A stretch of DNA of 64,000 nt from Octopus vulgaris (lineage: Eukaryota), in NCBI GenBank assembly GCA_951406725.2, contig OX597832.1:7192001-7256000 (forward strand). The letters are read 5' to 3'. The notes under the pieces were generated by a model. The model had not been told where the DNA came from, ran no database searches, and saw nothing but the letters and a program-made list of their open reading frames with translations. Made by a program: the position numbers and the translations under genes. Below, one piece after another: positions 1-12,499 of this stretch (positions are counted from its first letter, which is position 1; every line of letters begins with the position of its first letter).

Positions 1-1638
1 GAAGAAACAACAAAAGAGACAGAAATTTTATACTACAACAGTAGACATTAAGAAAAATGGTTATGAGGCATATGTGTAAGTTTGTTAATGCTTTAGCATT
101 CAGATTGTTCAGTTAAAAGCAATACTTATTTATTTACATTGCTTTGGGTTAATCATGCATTGTCTTGTAGCCTTGAGATTTCAATAGTGTGATAATATAC
201 TTTTAGAAAGTCTTTGTAGGGGAAGTGTGAGAAGTTGGATCTGGCCAGTTTTAAACATAAAACAGGTAGAATATTTGGGCCAGATATGGCCAGTTTAAAT
301 GTGAAAGAGTTAATATGATATGATTTTGAATCATTGTCGTATCTCTTCCTCCACAACATACCTTCCAATGTCTCCTCTCTCTACCTGTCTCCACTTATTA
401 CATTCCCCCTCTCCTCCTTTCACAATCTCACAAACTTACCCACTCACTCAACCTAACCAATCCTTGCTTCCAACTCACTCATATACACTTCCCTGTAACT
501 TGAGTATACTCTCCATCTCATCTTCACCATCTCTCTTCTCAACCGAGATAGCCAGCTATCTCCTCTTATTGCAAACACCTATTTCTGTCCCTCTATTCAT
601 CTAGCAAAAACCCACCTCCCTCAATACTCTTCCTCCCCTAGTTGAAGGGTCTTATCTTGCAAGCTACTTGGTGTCTTACTGCTGCTGTTGATGCCATGAA
701 AAAAAGCACCAAGTACACTCTGTAAAGTGGTTGGCATTATGAAGGACATCCAGTTGTAGAAACCATGCCAAGCAGACAGTAGACCTTGACGCAGTCTTGT
801 GACTTTCCAGCTCCTTCCAAGCCATCCAACCCATGCCAGCATGAAAGGAGAATGTTAAACAATGATGACAACTTTAAACAAAATTAAGAACATTATCAAA
901 AAGCTAAAGCTTTTTAGGTTTTATATGTTCTGGCCTAATTATAAAATAGCAGAAAGGAATAGTTTACATCAACCAAACTGTGGAAACTGGACATTACTGG
1001 TGAAAACAACTGATTTACAAGTGACTTAAAGCATTCAGTCCAATATCTGATTAACTTGTTTAGGAACATAATCTTAGAGCTGATTGAATATACAATGCCA
1101 GTGAAATTGGCCTTTACTAAAAAATGTTTAGTAGTGAAAACATTGGCAGTTTGTATTGAAGCAGCTGCCAGAGGATTCAAGCAAAATAAATGGCTGACAG
1201 TTCTTGTCAAATGCATCTGCCCAACACAAGATAAAACATGCAGTGATTAAGTTCCATTGTCATACAGCCTTGAAATGAATAATGCATTTACTGATCTCTT
1301 ACTAAGCCCAAAAGAATGTGTGTTTGGATAAGGAATTTCTTTAAAATTGGTTTACTTGATAATTTGGATTTGCAGTTTGACTTTAAAAAAAAAAATTTTA
1401 AAAAACCTCTTTGATAACTTTAGAGCCTGTCCCCATGGATCTAAGTTAGTTTTAAAATGTAGAAATATTTTTGTACCTTCTATCATCCAACAGTGTATCT
1501 CCCATACAACTAATAAACCAAAATTTCGGATGTCACAATAGAAATAAATATTTGAAACCATCATCATATCTCTGACTTTTGGTGCCAGTTTGTAATTTAT
1601 GGTGTACTTGCTGCATCTGCTACCGCATAAGCTTTTAA

Positions 1639-1859
1639 CCCTTTAGTGTTCGCATTATTCTGCCTAAATTAATCCTTTTTCATTCACATTGTTTTGAACT
1701 AATCATGCATTATCTTGTAGCTATGAGATTTTGATGAGGTAGCTGTTAATTTTTAAGACGATATTGTAGGGCTGGTGTGAGAGACCAGATCTGGCCAGTT
1801 TGAACATAAAACAGGCAGAATACTTTTGGCCGGATATGGCCGGTTTAAATGCTAAAGGG
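1639..1859. mobile_element. piggyBac-like MITE (TTAA|CCC...GGG|TTAA)
   Basis: ttaaCCCTTTAGTGTT...AATGCTAAAGGGttaa. Related copies at about 85-312, 8146-8455, 43850-44058 and 48749-48930. Confidence 0.75.
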
Positions 1860-4031
1860 TTAAACCTGACCCTCTTTTGAGAGTGAGATGAAAATGCTGA
1901 CTTCTTTTTGGGCACCAGAAAAATATCTATTGAAAATCCATTGCATAGTCCCAAGCATAAAAACATTGATGATCAGATTGTGACAAAGATTTTGAATTTA
2001 CCCAAAATGTTTCAAATCAGGAGTTTATCATCAAGTGTAGCTAATGAGGAAGATCAAGAATCCACAATTTGTTCTGTTGATAATGATAGAAAAAAAAAGC
2101 AATTGTAAAGGTATTTTGGTCTAAAGCTCCATCGTGTATGGATGTTTCTTACTTTGAACAGAATCTGTTTCTCTATGCAACAAATTATGCCAGCATATTT
2201 TTAAAATACAGTTGTTGCTCCAAAACAAAAGTCCACATAGGCACAAGTGTTGCTGTGTGGTAAGAAGTTTGTTTCCCAACCACATGGTTTTGGGTTCAGT
2301 CCCACTGTGTGATACCTTGGGCAAGTGTCTTCTACTATAGCTCCAGGCCAACCAAAGCCTTGTGTGTGGATTTGGTAAATGGAAACTGAAAGAAGCCTGT
2401 ATGTGTGTAGGTGTTTGTATAGATATATCTCTGTGTTTGTCCCTCATTTGACAATGGTGTTGATTTATGACCCCATAACTGAGTGGTTCCAGGACAGATG
2501 GAATAAGTACTAGGCTTTAAAAAATAAGTCCTGGGGGTTGATTTGCTTGACTAAATCCTTCAAGGCCAGGCCCAGCATAGCTGCAGTTCACTGAATGAAA
2601 CAAAAGATAAATGCTAAAAAACTGTAAAATTAGGAAATTCTTAAATCCATTTAAGAAATTGAATCCACACTAACTTTTTGAATTTGTTTCGATGTAAAAA
2701 TGATTTTTTTTTTTTGTTCAGTTGAATATATTCGTTTGACTTTAAAATAATTGTTACATATTTCTTTACATCATCGTCTACATTTCCATACCTACCATAA
2801 GCTGCACAAAACATTTTGAAGCATTATTTTATGGCCAGTTGCCCTTCCTGATGCCAATCCTTTTACTTAGCACACCTAGGATGCATAGTAAAGAAAAAAT
2901 GCATATCTAGTTTTGATGGTGTCATTTAGATTTGTAGGTTATAGCATTGTGAAATTGCATTTATTTTTCTTTTAACTCTTTCGATACCAAACTGTCTGAA
3001 ATCACCCCTGGTTCTATGATACAAACTTTCCATTTTAAAATGATCTTAGTTAAAACCTTCCATCAAAATTTATGCTAATTTATTATATCCCAGACACCTG
3101 CTTAATAATGACAAAATTATTTTACTAAATTCTTCATTATTTTCAAAAGTAATTGAAATGTGTATTTCAATGGATATGTGGTATTGAAAGGGTTCAAACT
3201 ATGATCCTTGGGGGTCTACATAAGATTTTGTTATTATCTGTTAGCAATAAATTGGTTTTACTCTTACAATACACAAAATATTTTAACAATTCTTTTTTTA
3301 TACAATTCCTAATAATATCTAATTACGAAAATAGAGAGGATTTTTTTAAACATCGAATGGCTATTGGGGTCCACCCAAATAAAATAGGAATCAAACAGGT
3401 TCATAGGCAAAAAATTGTTGAGAAACACTGGGTTAAAATGTTTTCTTTCTATCCAAAATTGGTTACTGTGCATTCAGCAGTAAATAAATTGGTATTAATT
3501 ATACTATATCACTCTTTCTTTGTTGCTTCTTTACTATTTATCAAATAAACACATTAAAAAAAACCATAAATTTAATTTTTAGATCAGTTACAAGAAATTA
3601 AATAATTGAAATTTTATTAATATTATGTTATGAAGAATGAAACTCATATAGAGCCAAGTTTTATTCTTCATAACAAAATTAATAGAATCTCTATTTAATT
3701 TCATTTAGATTAATCAAAAAAATTTTTAAAAGAAACTTTTGGCTTCCTAATCATGTTCAGAGCATAGTACCTTGGGCTAATGTCATCTGTTATAGCCCTG
3801 AGCTGAACAAAGCTTTGTTAGCTGATTTAGTAGACAAATTGAAAGAAGCCCATTCTGTGTGTGTGTGTGACGCCTTGTCTTGACATTACGTGAAGGTTGT
3901 AAATGATTATCACACGTATAAGCAATGTCATTCATTTCCAATATTCTGCAAGAACTTGTCTGGCCATGGAGAATTCTAAACTTGCTAGCATGACGAAGGG
4001 CATCCAACTAGAAAATCTACTCAAAGTCAAA

Positions 4032-4058
<27 letters not shown>

Positions 4059-4071
<13 letters not shown>

Positions 4072-4226
4072 TTAGAGACAAAATCACTATTTTGCAAAAC
4101 AAACAAGGAAAGACTTAATCAATACATAAAATTTTAATAAAATTTTATTAAAATTTTATGTATTGATTAAGTCTTTCCTTGTTTGTTTTGCAAAATAGTG
4201 GTTTTGTCTCTAATTAATATTATATA
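4059..4226. repeat. 168-bp spacerless palindrome
   Basis: Centre between 4142 and 4143 (AATAAAA|TTTTATT). Arms pair over 84 bp with one mismatch (4084/4201). Confidence 0.95.
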
Positions 4227-4304
4227 ATATTTTACTATAAAATTGGATTTAATCCTAAATCTGATTTTTTCCCTGTAAATTTGGATTTATTCCCTAATAT
4301 TTAT

Positions 4305-4341
<37 letters not shown>

Positions 4342-5518
4342 ATATACACACATACACATTTTATCTTTTACTTGTTTAAGTCATTAGACTGTGGCCATGC
4401 TAGGGTATTGCTTTGAAGAATTTTTAGGAGAATGAATTGATCCCAGTACTTTTTTTTTTATTATTAAGCCTGATACTTATTCTGTTGGTCTCTTTAGCCA
4501 AACTGTTAAGTTATGGGGACAACATAGTTACACCAATACTGGTTGTCAAGTGGTCGTGGGGACGGGGGGGACGCACATACGCAATGATCATCTTTTGGTT
4601 TCCATCTACCAAATCCACTCACAATGCTTTGGTCAACCCAAGGCTACAGTAGAAGACAGTAGTTCGAGGTGCCATGCCCTGAAATTGAACCTTGAACCAT
4701 GTGATTAGGAAGCAAGCTTCTTAGCACCCAGCCATTCCTGCTCCTATAAATATATGTAGATATATATTTATTTATTCATTTGTGCACTGCATGCAAGAAA
4801 CATATTTATCAGCAACATTTTTTTATGTCTGCTTTCTGTGCTGGCATGGGTTGGATGGTTAGATAGGTTCCAATGGTTTTAGAGGACTATATCTTGCTCC
4901 AGTGTCTTACTTTCGATTCTGCAGCTCGATGTTCTTCCTAACTTCAACCACTTTAAGACTGTACTGAGTGCTTTTTTCTCATGGTGCCAGCATTATTGTT
5001 ATTGCCTTGCAAGTCACAAGACCGAAATACTCCCTTGCCTGAGTTGGGAATATATGATAGTGATCACTTTAGACTAAGTGTCGAGAGCTTTAATATGTAT
5101 GTGTGTGTGTGTGTGCGCGCACACACACACACCACAACACTCACTCTCCCTTTCTCTCTCTCTCTCTCTCTCTCTGTTTTTCTATGTATGTTTACATTTG
5201 CTGTCTGGATTTTGTACTTATATTGTTATAGAGCAGTCATTATGTGAAGTGATAGTACTAAGTAGTGATGTATATAAATACAAAGTTATTATCTGTTTAA
5301 ATATGCTTGGGGGATATTCAAACCAGTAAGAAAGCCATTCACTGTGTTTTGTCATGGAGAAAATTTCTTTGTGTAGACAAATGGTGTAAATACACCAAAC
5401 TCAGCTTGCAGTGCCACATACTCAGACTGTGGTAATAACCTTGTATTTAGTTATTATGCGATATGAAATTCTATGTGGTTAACATTTTATAAATCCCTAT
5501 TTCTCTTCTTTCTTTCAG

Positions 5519-5756
5519 TTATTCCTGAGGCTACCGAAAAGTGTTTGAGCAATATGCACAAGCAATTCATCAAAGATTTCCTAATCTCCAAGTTGAAGGC
5601 GAGAACTTTCCACCTCCAACTATCAAGGCAGTTATAGCACAGTTTCTCAGTATATTCAAGTTGTCCTTAATAGGTATCATTTTATCAGAGTTTAACCCTT
5701 TCCATTATCTCAATATGCAAACTCCTAGTATGTTCACTTGGGCCACTTCAAATAAG
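5519..5756 (+). CDS. SELENOT: Selenoprotein T, internal coding exon containing the Sec codon
   Basis: Acceptor ttctttctttcag|T at 5518/5519. Reads (C)YSUGYRKVFEQYAQAIHQRFPNLQVEGENFPPP...FTWATSNK with TGA at 5526-5528. Donor AAG|gtaagt at 5756/5757. Closely resembles vertebrate SELENOT CVSUGYRRVFEEY...IEGENY...WGQENK. The first coding exon was not found in the window. Confidence 0.96.
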
Positions 5757-5808
5757 GTAAGTAATTTTTTTTCTTGCTGGTGGTGATGGTGATGTTCTAG
5801 TAGTGTAG

Positions 5809-6051
5809 TGTTTTGTTTAGCTCTGGATTAGTTCTGAACAAATAGATCTGTAATCAGTGTTCCAGGCATGACCATTCCAACGAATTTTCAAGCAGTGTAA
5901 GGAATACTAAAAATTCCTTGTGCCCTTCTCTGTTTTGTTTTGCTCTGGATTAGTTCTGAACAAATAGATCTGTAATCAGTATTCCAGGCATGACCATTCC
6001 AACGAATTTTCAAGCAATGTAAGGAATACTAAAAATTCCTTGTGCACTTCT
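5809..6051 (+). repeat. Tandem duplication of about 122 bp in a SELENOT intron
   Basis: TGTTTTGTTT(A/T)GCTCTGGATTAGTTCTGAAC...AAATTCCTTGTGC occurs twice with a few substitutions. Confidence 0.93.
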
Positions 6052-6850
6052 GTGTTTAAGATCATATGTTCTGATTCAAAGGAAATTTGGTTGTTATTTC
6101 TTGCAAGTCAAGCTATCGCGTAGACATTCCCTCTTTGGTTATATCTCTATGGTGGTGGTGTTGGTATTTAACCCCCAGGCCAGCACTGATCAAACGGATC
6201 TAGAACTAAAGCCATTCCAGCAGTGGCCATCCTTTCTTATTGCTATACAAGAAATCCAGGACTGTCACTCATTGCTCCTTTTTGAAGACAATAGCATGAT
6301 TTGAAGATTTGACTCCTATTTCTAGCATATTTAGCAACCATATAGAAGCTGCTTATCCCATTGTGTTGGTTATGGTATCTAGTCCCAGGTGTGAACAAAC
6401 AGAAATCACTGACAAAAACGCCATGTTCTGGCCTCTGGTCCCCAGGTGTACTGTCTTATTTCTGTTCCTTTAATCATCTCTTTCATTAGAGGTGGCTGGT
6501 CATGTACCTGAGACCATTCTTGGTCCTATGGTATTAGCTTCCTTTTTTTAAAATGGTCTGAATTTAAGCCTACTATCAAAATTTCATGTTAATTTATGTT
6601 CCAAATACCAGCTAAATAATCACAAAATTATTTTACTAAATTCTAAATTAGTTTCCAAATTAATTGAAATAAAGACAGTGTATTTTAATAGAAATATGGT
6701 AACAAAAGAGTTAACTCTCCCTCACCCTCTCTTCTTCTGCATTAAATAAAGATGATCAATGGGTGAAAATCTTCAAAATTTTTTTTGTTGAAGTATTTTG
6801 TTATTGGTGATGGTTCAATTCATTGTGATTTGTGTTTTTATCAATTCCAG

Positions 6851-6938
6851 ATTTATTCTTGTATGATGGTCTTCTTTCTAAGTAATGCTCTTGAAGGTCA
6901 TATGATTTCTACCGGAGCTTTTGAAGTAACATTCAATG
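6851..6938 (+). CDS. SELENOT: Selenoprotein T, internal coding exon
   Basis: tcaattccag| then IYSCMMVFFLSNALEGHMISTGAFEVTFN(D), then G|gtaagt. Phase 0 start fits the preceding exon. Matches SELENOT VYACMMVFFLSNMIE...STGAFEITLN. Confidence 0.96.
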
Positions 6939-7169
6939 GTAAGTAAGCCTCTGCATGTTTCTCTCTCAGGTGAAATTGAACTTGTGTACTTTATATTTTG
7001 TTATTGTGCAAGTGTGCCTGTGTGATTTAAAGTATTTTGCTTTCTGACTACGTGATTTCATATTCAGTCCCACTGTGTGGTACTTTGGACAAGTGTCTAC
7101 TATAACCCGGAATTTGACCAAAATCTTGTGAGTGGACCTGGTAGAAGGAAACTGAAAAAAAGCCTGCCA

Positions 7170-7535
7170 AAGAAGTGCTGATCTCTTAATGTGGAGGAAA
7201 CCTGTGGAAGTGGTAGACCCAGGAAGACATGGGGTGTGGTTGTGAAATTTGATCTTTGGATGTGGAGTCACATGGAGGCACTGACAAGTGACTTTTGATG
7301 ATTTGCTGTGCTTGAGAAGACAAGTAAAGCTAAGTGAAATCATAGTCGTGGCCAGTGCTGGTGATACGTAAAAGGCACCTGGTACAATCTGTGAAGTGAT
7401 TGGAATTAAGAAGGGCATCCAGCCATAGAAACCAAACCAGTCTGGAACCTACTACAACTCTCTGGCTTACAAGTTCCTGTCAAACCATCTAGTCAATGCC
7501 AGCATAGAAAATGGACGCTAAATAACGATAATGAT
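7170..7535 (+). mobile_element. RTE LINE 3' end fragment
   Basis: AAGAAGTGCTGATCTC...GGTAGACCCAGGAAGACATGG and 3'UTR shared with the other RTE copies. Confidence 0.75.
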
Positions 7536-9674
7536 GGTGTGTGCAAGCATGTTAGTGTCTCCTTATGACATCATGTGATAGTTGTAAATGAGTATCACCA
7601 TTATACAAGTGATGTCCATCGTTTCCCAGTCTTCTGTAAAAGCATGTCCAGCCATGAGGGAAACAAGTGAGGATTGGTGATAGGAAGGGCATCCAGCCTT
7701 AGAAAAATTTCCTACACAAATTCTGTCTAACCCATATGAGCATGGAAAAGTGGATGTTAAAATGATGTTGAAAACCATATTTACGTCAGTTGACTTTTTA
7801 TTAGATTACTTACCCCTCACAGTTATATGGTAAATATCAAATCTATTTAGAAAAGTAGTTACATGTGTAGCATCTTGCTCAAGAGTTGTCTTCCACAACC
7901 TCATGTTGTGAGTGAAATTAATTTGCCAGAAATTGTGTAGAAATCTTCTGATGAACTCTACTTGTCCCAGTATGATAGACTTAATGTATCAGTTTAACAC
8001 CACCGTTTGGTTGGCTCTTGGCTGCCTTTAATAGATTCTACCCTGTTACAAACATTCAGACCAAGTCTTTAGCTATCAAAATCTTTTCTCCCACCAGTCT
8101 CTGGGGCTTAAAAAAAAGGTAATGAGCCTGCCTTCTCTTTTAACTTAACCCTTTAGCATTTAAACCAGCTTTATCCAGCCCAAACATTCCTCTTGTTTTA
8201 TGTTCAAACTGGCCAGATCTGGCACAATGTCCTACCTGTTCCATGTTCAAACTGGCCAAATTCAGTCTCTCACACCTATCCTACAATATCATTCTGAAAA
8301 TAAACAGTTCCACCCATGCCAGCATGAAACATGGATGTTAAATTATTATGATGATGATATTAAAATCACGTAGCTACAAGATAATGCATGATAAATTCTA
8401 ATGTGCATAAATAAACATTACATTTGACAGGGTAATCTGAATGCTAAATGGATTAAGGCATAAAAAAAATTAATGGTTTTGGATTGAGACACAAAGTCAG
8501 TAGTTTTGAGGGGAAAGAATTAGTCGATAGCATTCATACCAGTACTTGATTGACACTTATTTTATCGACTCCAAACACATGGAAGGCAAAGTTGACATCG
8601 ATAGTAGTTGAACTTAGAACGTAGATAACTGGAAAAAATATTGGAAAGCAATTTTTCTGATTAACAATTTTGATTCTCACAATATTTATCGATGTAAGGG
8701 TAGATAACTCTGTTATAACTTGCCTGTCTGAACAAGAAAATATTCTACTCTTACTTTAGAGTTACTTGTTATCGCCGGCCAGCCTGATTCATCAGATCTA
8801 AAATCTAAGGCATGCATTCCAGCTGTGACTTGCTTTTATATAAAGCATTTCTTATCTCAGAACACATTTCCCTCTCTGTCTTTTTAAAGATAGGATACAA
8901 TTGGAAGGAAATTTGACAACTTTTTCTAACATGTTGAGTCACTGCATAGAGACTTCTTCTTTAGCTCATGCAATTGCTATTTCCTTTTCTTATCAAGCAG
9001 AGTGTATCTATACGTTTTTATTTGTTTCAGTCGCGGGATTGTGGCCATACTGGGGCTCCACATTGAGTAAATTGACCCCAATATTTATTTTTAGGGTTGC
9101 TACTTACTCTTATCTGTCTCTTGCTGATCTACTCAGTTATGAGGAATGTAAACAAACCAACGCCATGTCATACTGTGGTGGACACGGACACACATACACA
9201 CACACGACAGGTTACTGTGTAGTTTCTGTCTAGCAAATTCATGCGCTAGGTATTAGTTGACCTGGGGCTATAATAGAAGACATTTGCTCGAGGTACTCTG
9301 CTGTAAACCAAGTAGCTGCAAAGCAAACTTAGCAACACAGCCGTGCCTGTGCCTGTGAATATGTTTTTTGGTATAACTTTCCATTTTCAAGACACTTGGG
9401 TAGGATTTGCTGGTATTTATAAGCATTTCTGGTATCACAACATGATTCTCTCAGTAGCTCAGTCATCATGTTCAATAATTTTACCAACATCAATTCGCTG
9501 TTTTTTTTTTGTTTTTTTTTCAATAAAATACTTTTTAACTATTAATACTGAGATACTATGGGTATATTTTCTCGGTGAACTTTCTTCACTGTGAATGATT
9601 CTCCCTGCAGTGAATTGATGGCGGTGAACTTACCTGTACTCCAAAGTCAAAGTGCTGGCGAATTTGTATATTTA

Positions 9675-12070
9675 CTATATTTGATGGACTATTGGATACA
9701 GGTTTTTTTTGTTTTTTTTTTACCCAAAAATGGTTTTAAAAAACCCCCACTACGTCCAATGCACTCAATGTAGGCTCAAAACTTGTGACTGTTGGCCAAA
9801 ATTATACATCAGAAGTCATGTAGATGTAGCCTAGCTTAAACTCGCTATGATATTGTAATAGCCCATTTTTTCAAAAAAACATTAGATTATTATTTATCAT
9901 CATCACGGTTACTATTGCTAATATTTTAATTATTATATATGTTGTTATTATTGATATTTTATTACCTGATATCTGTAACGACATCATAAGCATTTTACAT
10001 GTTTGTTTACAAAAATGTGTGCTGCCATCTGTTGAATCATCACTTGATAACGCGGAAGCTACCTGGCAACGCTGCTAACGTTTGCTATATGAGGGATAAC
10101 ACGAAATCTTCATTCAGTTGCTCAGGAGACACAGGTTGTTTATGGATCAGATTTTTTTTATTTTCTGGATTTTACCTATATGGATATGGCCACAGGAGGA
10201 AAGAGGTTAAGCTACACTATTTGGTACAAGCTTCAAGTAATAGGCTACGCTAAAGAGCATGGAAACAGTAGCAGCAGCATGGTATTTTGGCCCTCTTCCT
10301 ATTGAAAAAAATGGTACATTTCTGGTGGCTGCAAGAAAATAAACTACTCCCACCGAAGAAAGGAAACTATAACCTTCGTTACTCAGCTTCACACTGGCCT
10401 GAAATTGAGAAGGAAATAAAGATGTGGGTAGTAGGTGCAAGAAACTTCAGGCACAGTCGTTTCTACGAAAATGATAAGGAACAAGGCCAAATGGTTAGCA
10501 AACGAAAGGGGATTCAGAACTTTAATGGAACAGAAGGATGGTGTTAGTGATTTATGAAACGGGAAGGTTTGTGAATGCTTACAAAAACATTAATTGCACA
10601 GAGAATGCCAGGTGACTATGATGATAAAATAGTAAAGTTTCATAAATTTGTTATAGCTGTTTGAAAAAAAACTCAGTCCCACTAATGTTTGATGTTCCAT
10701 CAATTAGAACTGTAGGTATTGAGGGATCCAAGACAATTTCAGTAAAACTCACAGGTCACGAGAAGATCTATTATATGGTTGTTCTCTCATGTTGCGCTGA
10801 TGGTGCAAAACGGCCTCCTTTTCTGAATTTTAAATGAAAAACTATCTCTAAAGAAAAAATACCAAAAGGTTTGTGTGTTTACATTCATCCAAAAGGCTGG
10901 ATGGATGAAGCCGGAATGCATTTATAGCTACGAGATGTATGGGCAAGACATCCTGGTGAACTGTTGCGAAAACCCTCTTTCTGGTTTGGGATAGGTTTGA
11001 GTGCATAGGACTGAAACCATTAAAAAGAAAGTGGCAGAATTGAAGACAGAGACAGCAGTTATTCCTGGTGGGCTGACAAGTCAGTTGCAACCTCTAAATG
11101 TCTCTTTAAATAGGCCATTCAAGCAGAACATGAAGGAGTAATGGAACATGCAGATGACAATGCCCAGGAATGATGAAAAGACCCAGCATTGCACAAGTCT
11201 GTGAATGGGTGAAGCAAGCTTGGGATGACATCAGACCAGAAATTGTAGTGAAATTTTTTAAAGTGCAGCATTAGCAATGCCCTTGGTGGAACAGAAGACG
11301 ACACATTATTTGAAGATGATGAATTTTCTGGCTTCGAAGATGAATAAAATTTTGATGGCCTAGTTTTCTTTCTTTCCTTTTTTTTCTCTATTGTTTTATG
11401 TTCAGTTATGGTATAATGATGACTTGCTATTTATACATATTTCATAGGCTTGTGTTCTAGTTTTTTCCCCCCAATTGTTGTTCATACACACTGTACATTA
11501 CTAATCATAGCTTGTTTTTTATTATTTTTTTCCCTAATTTGGAGATTAAGAGTTTTTATGGAACATTAAAACTTTTCCCATATAATAGGTTTTTTTTATC
11601 ATATATTTTAAAACAAATTGTCCTATGGTATAACTATTGGATTTGTTAATTTACAAGACAACAACTAGTGTTTACCATATTTTTTTTTTGAATACACCAT
11701 AAACTATGGTATCATTTATTATTATTGGCATTAATGAAAGTGTTTGTAACTAACACTAAATAATTTACATAATGATTAAGGAAAAAAAAACAGCATTTCT
11801 AATACTATATTTTGCTAGAAAAAACAACATGGTAGCATCAGAGGGAGAAGGGGAGGGTTTACCTACGATATGTATGTTTACAAAACATGTGATGCCACCT
11901 TTTGGTGAACAATCACCTACAGTATATTTATATTGAATGTGGATGCAATAAATTGCTTATAATGACCGGTAATAACAAAATTATACAGTAGAGGAATTAA
12001 AACATTATTTTAGTGGTAATTTATTTTGCAAAAGTATAGCCTCATGCATCTTATAGGCCATCAAATATGG
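9675..12070 (+). mobile_element. pogo-family (POGK-like) DNA transposon, decayed, in a SELENOT intron
   Basis: Imperfect TIRs TA|CTATATTTGATGGACTAT and ATAGGCCATCAAATATGG|TA. Broken transposase about 10186-11347: RLSYTIWYKLQVIGYAKEHGN, WPEIEKEIKMWV, TGHEK..VVLSCCADG, KGWMDE, IPGGLTSQLQPLNVSLNRPFK, with several stops and frameshifts. Confidence 0.88.
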
Positions 12071-12308
12071 TAGTTTGCTATATACCTAGTATATAAACTG
12101 TTGATATCTTCTTGAAGCTGTTTTTGAACTGCTATTTAAAGTTTGTAGAATAAGACTTACAAAACAGGTTTACTTTCTAGGTTATTGTTTTATCGTCTTT
12201 ATTTTGTATTTTTATTCTTTTATTCAGACATTGAAAGTAAATGAAATCAGCCATAAGGTATTTTTATTAAAACGCCACATTTAATTTTCTTTTTATTTAT
12301 CTTTCTAG

Positions 12309-12415
12309 ATGTTCCAGTTTGGTCCAAACTTGAAAATGGACGTATTCCATCTCCAAGCGAAATGTTCCAGATTATAGATAATCATATGAGACTTCATAAA
12401 GATGATCTGGCCTAA
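12309..12415 (+). CDS. SELENOT: Selenoprotein T, last coding exon
   Basis: ctttctag|AT completes the D codon, then VPVWSKLENGRIPSPSEMFQIIDNHMRLHKDDLA* (TAA 12413-12415). Rdx-family VWSKL motif. A donor AAG|gtaaga follows at 12428/12429. Confidence 0.95.
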
Positions 12416-12499
12416 TTTCTATCTCAAGGTAAGAAGCAACTCTCTAGACTTATGTCAATCTCTTAATTATATTAATCTGTCCTTTGTTAGGAGCTATGA

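Noticed and set aside
930-2230. Coding-looking AT-rich stretch and short ORFs, considered as SELENOT exon 1
   Set aside because: No signal peptide plus TG|GT donor found, and no recognisable protein motif. Probably an old transposon relic.
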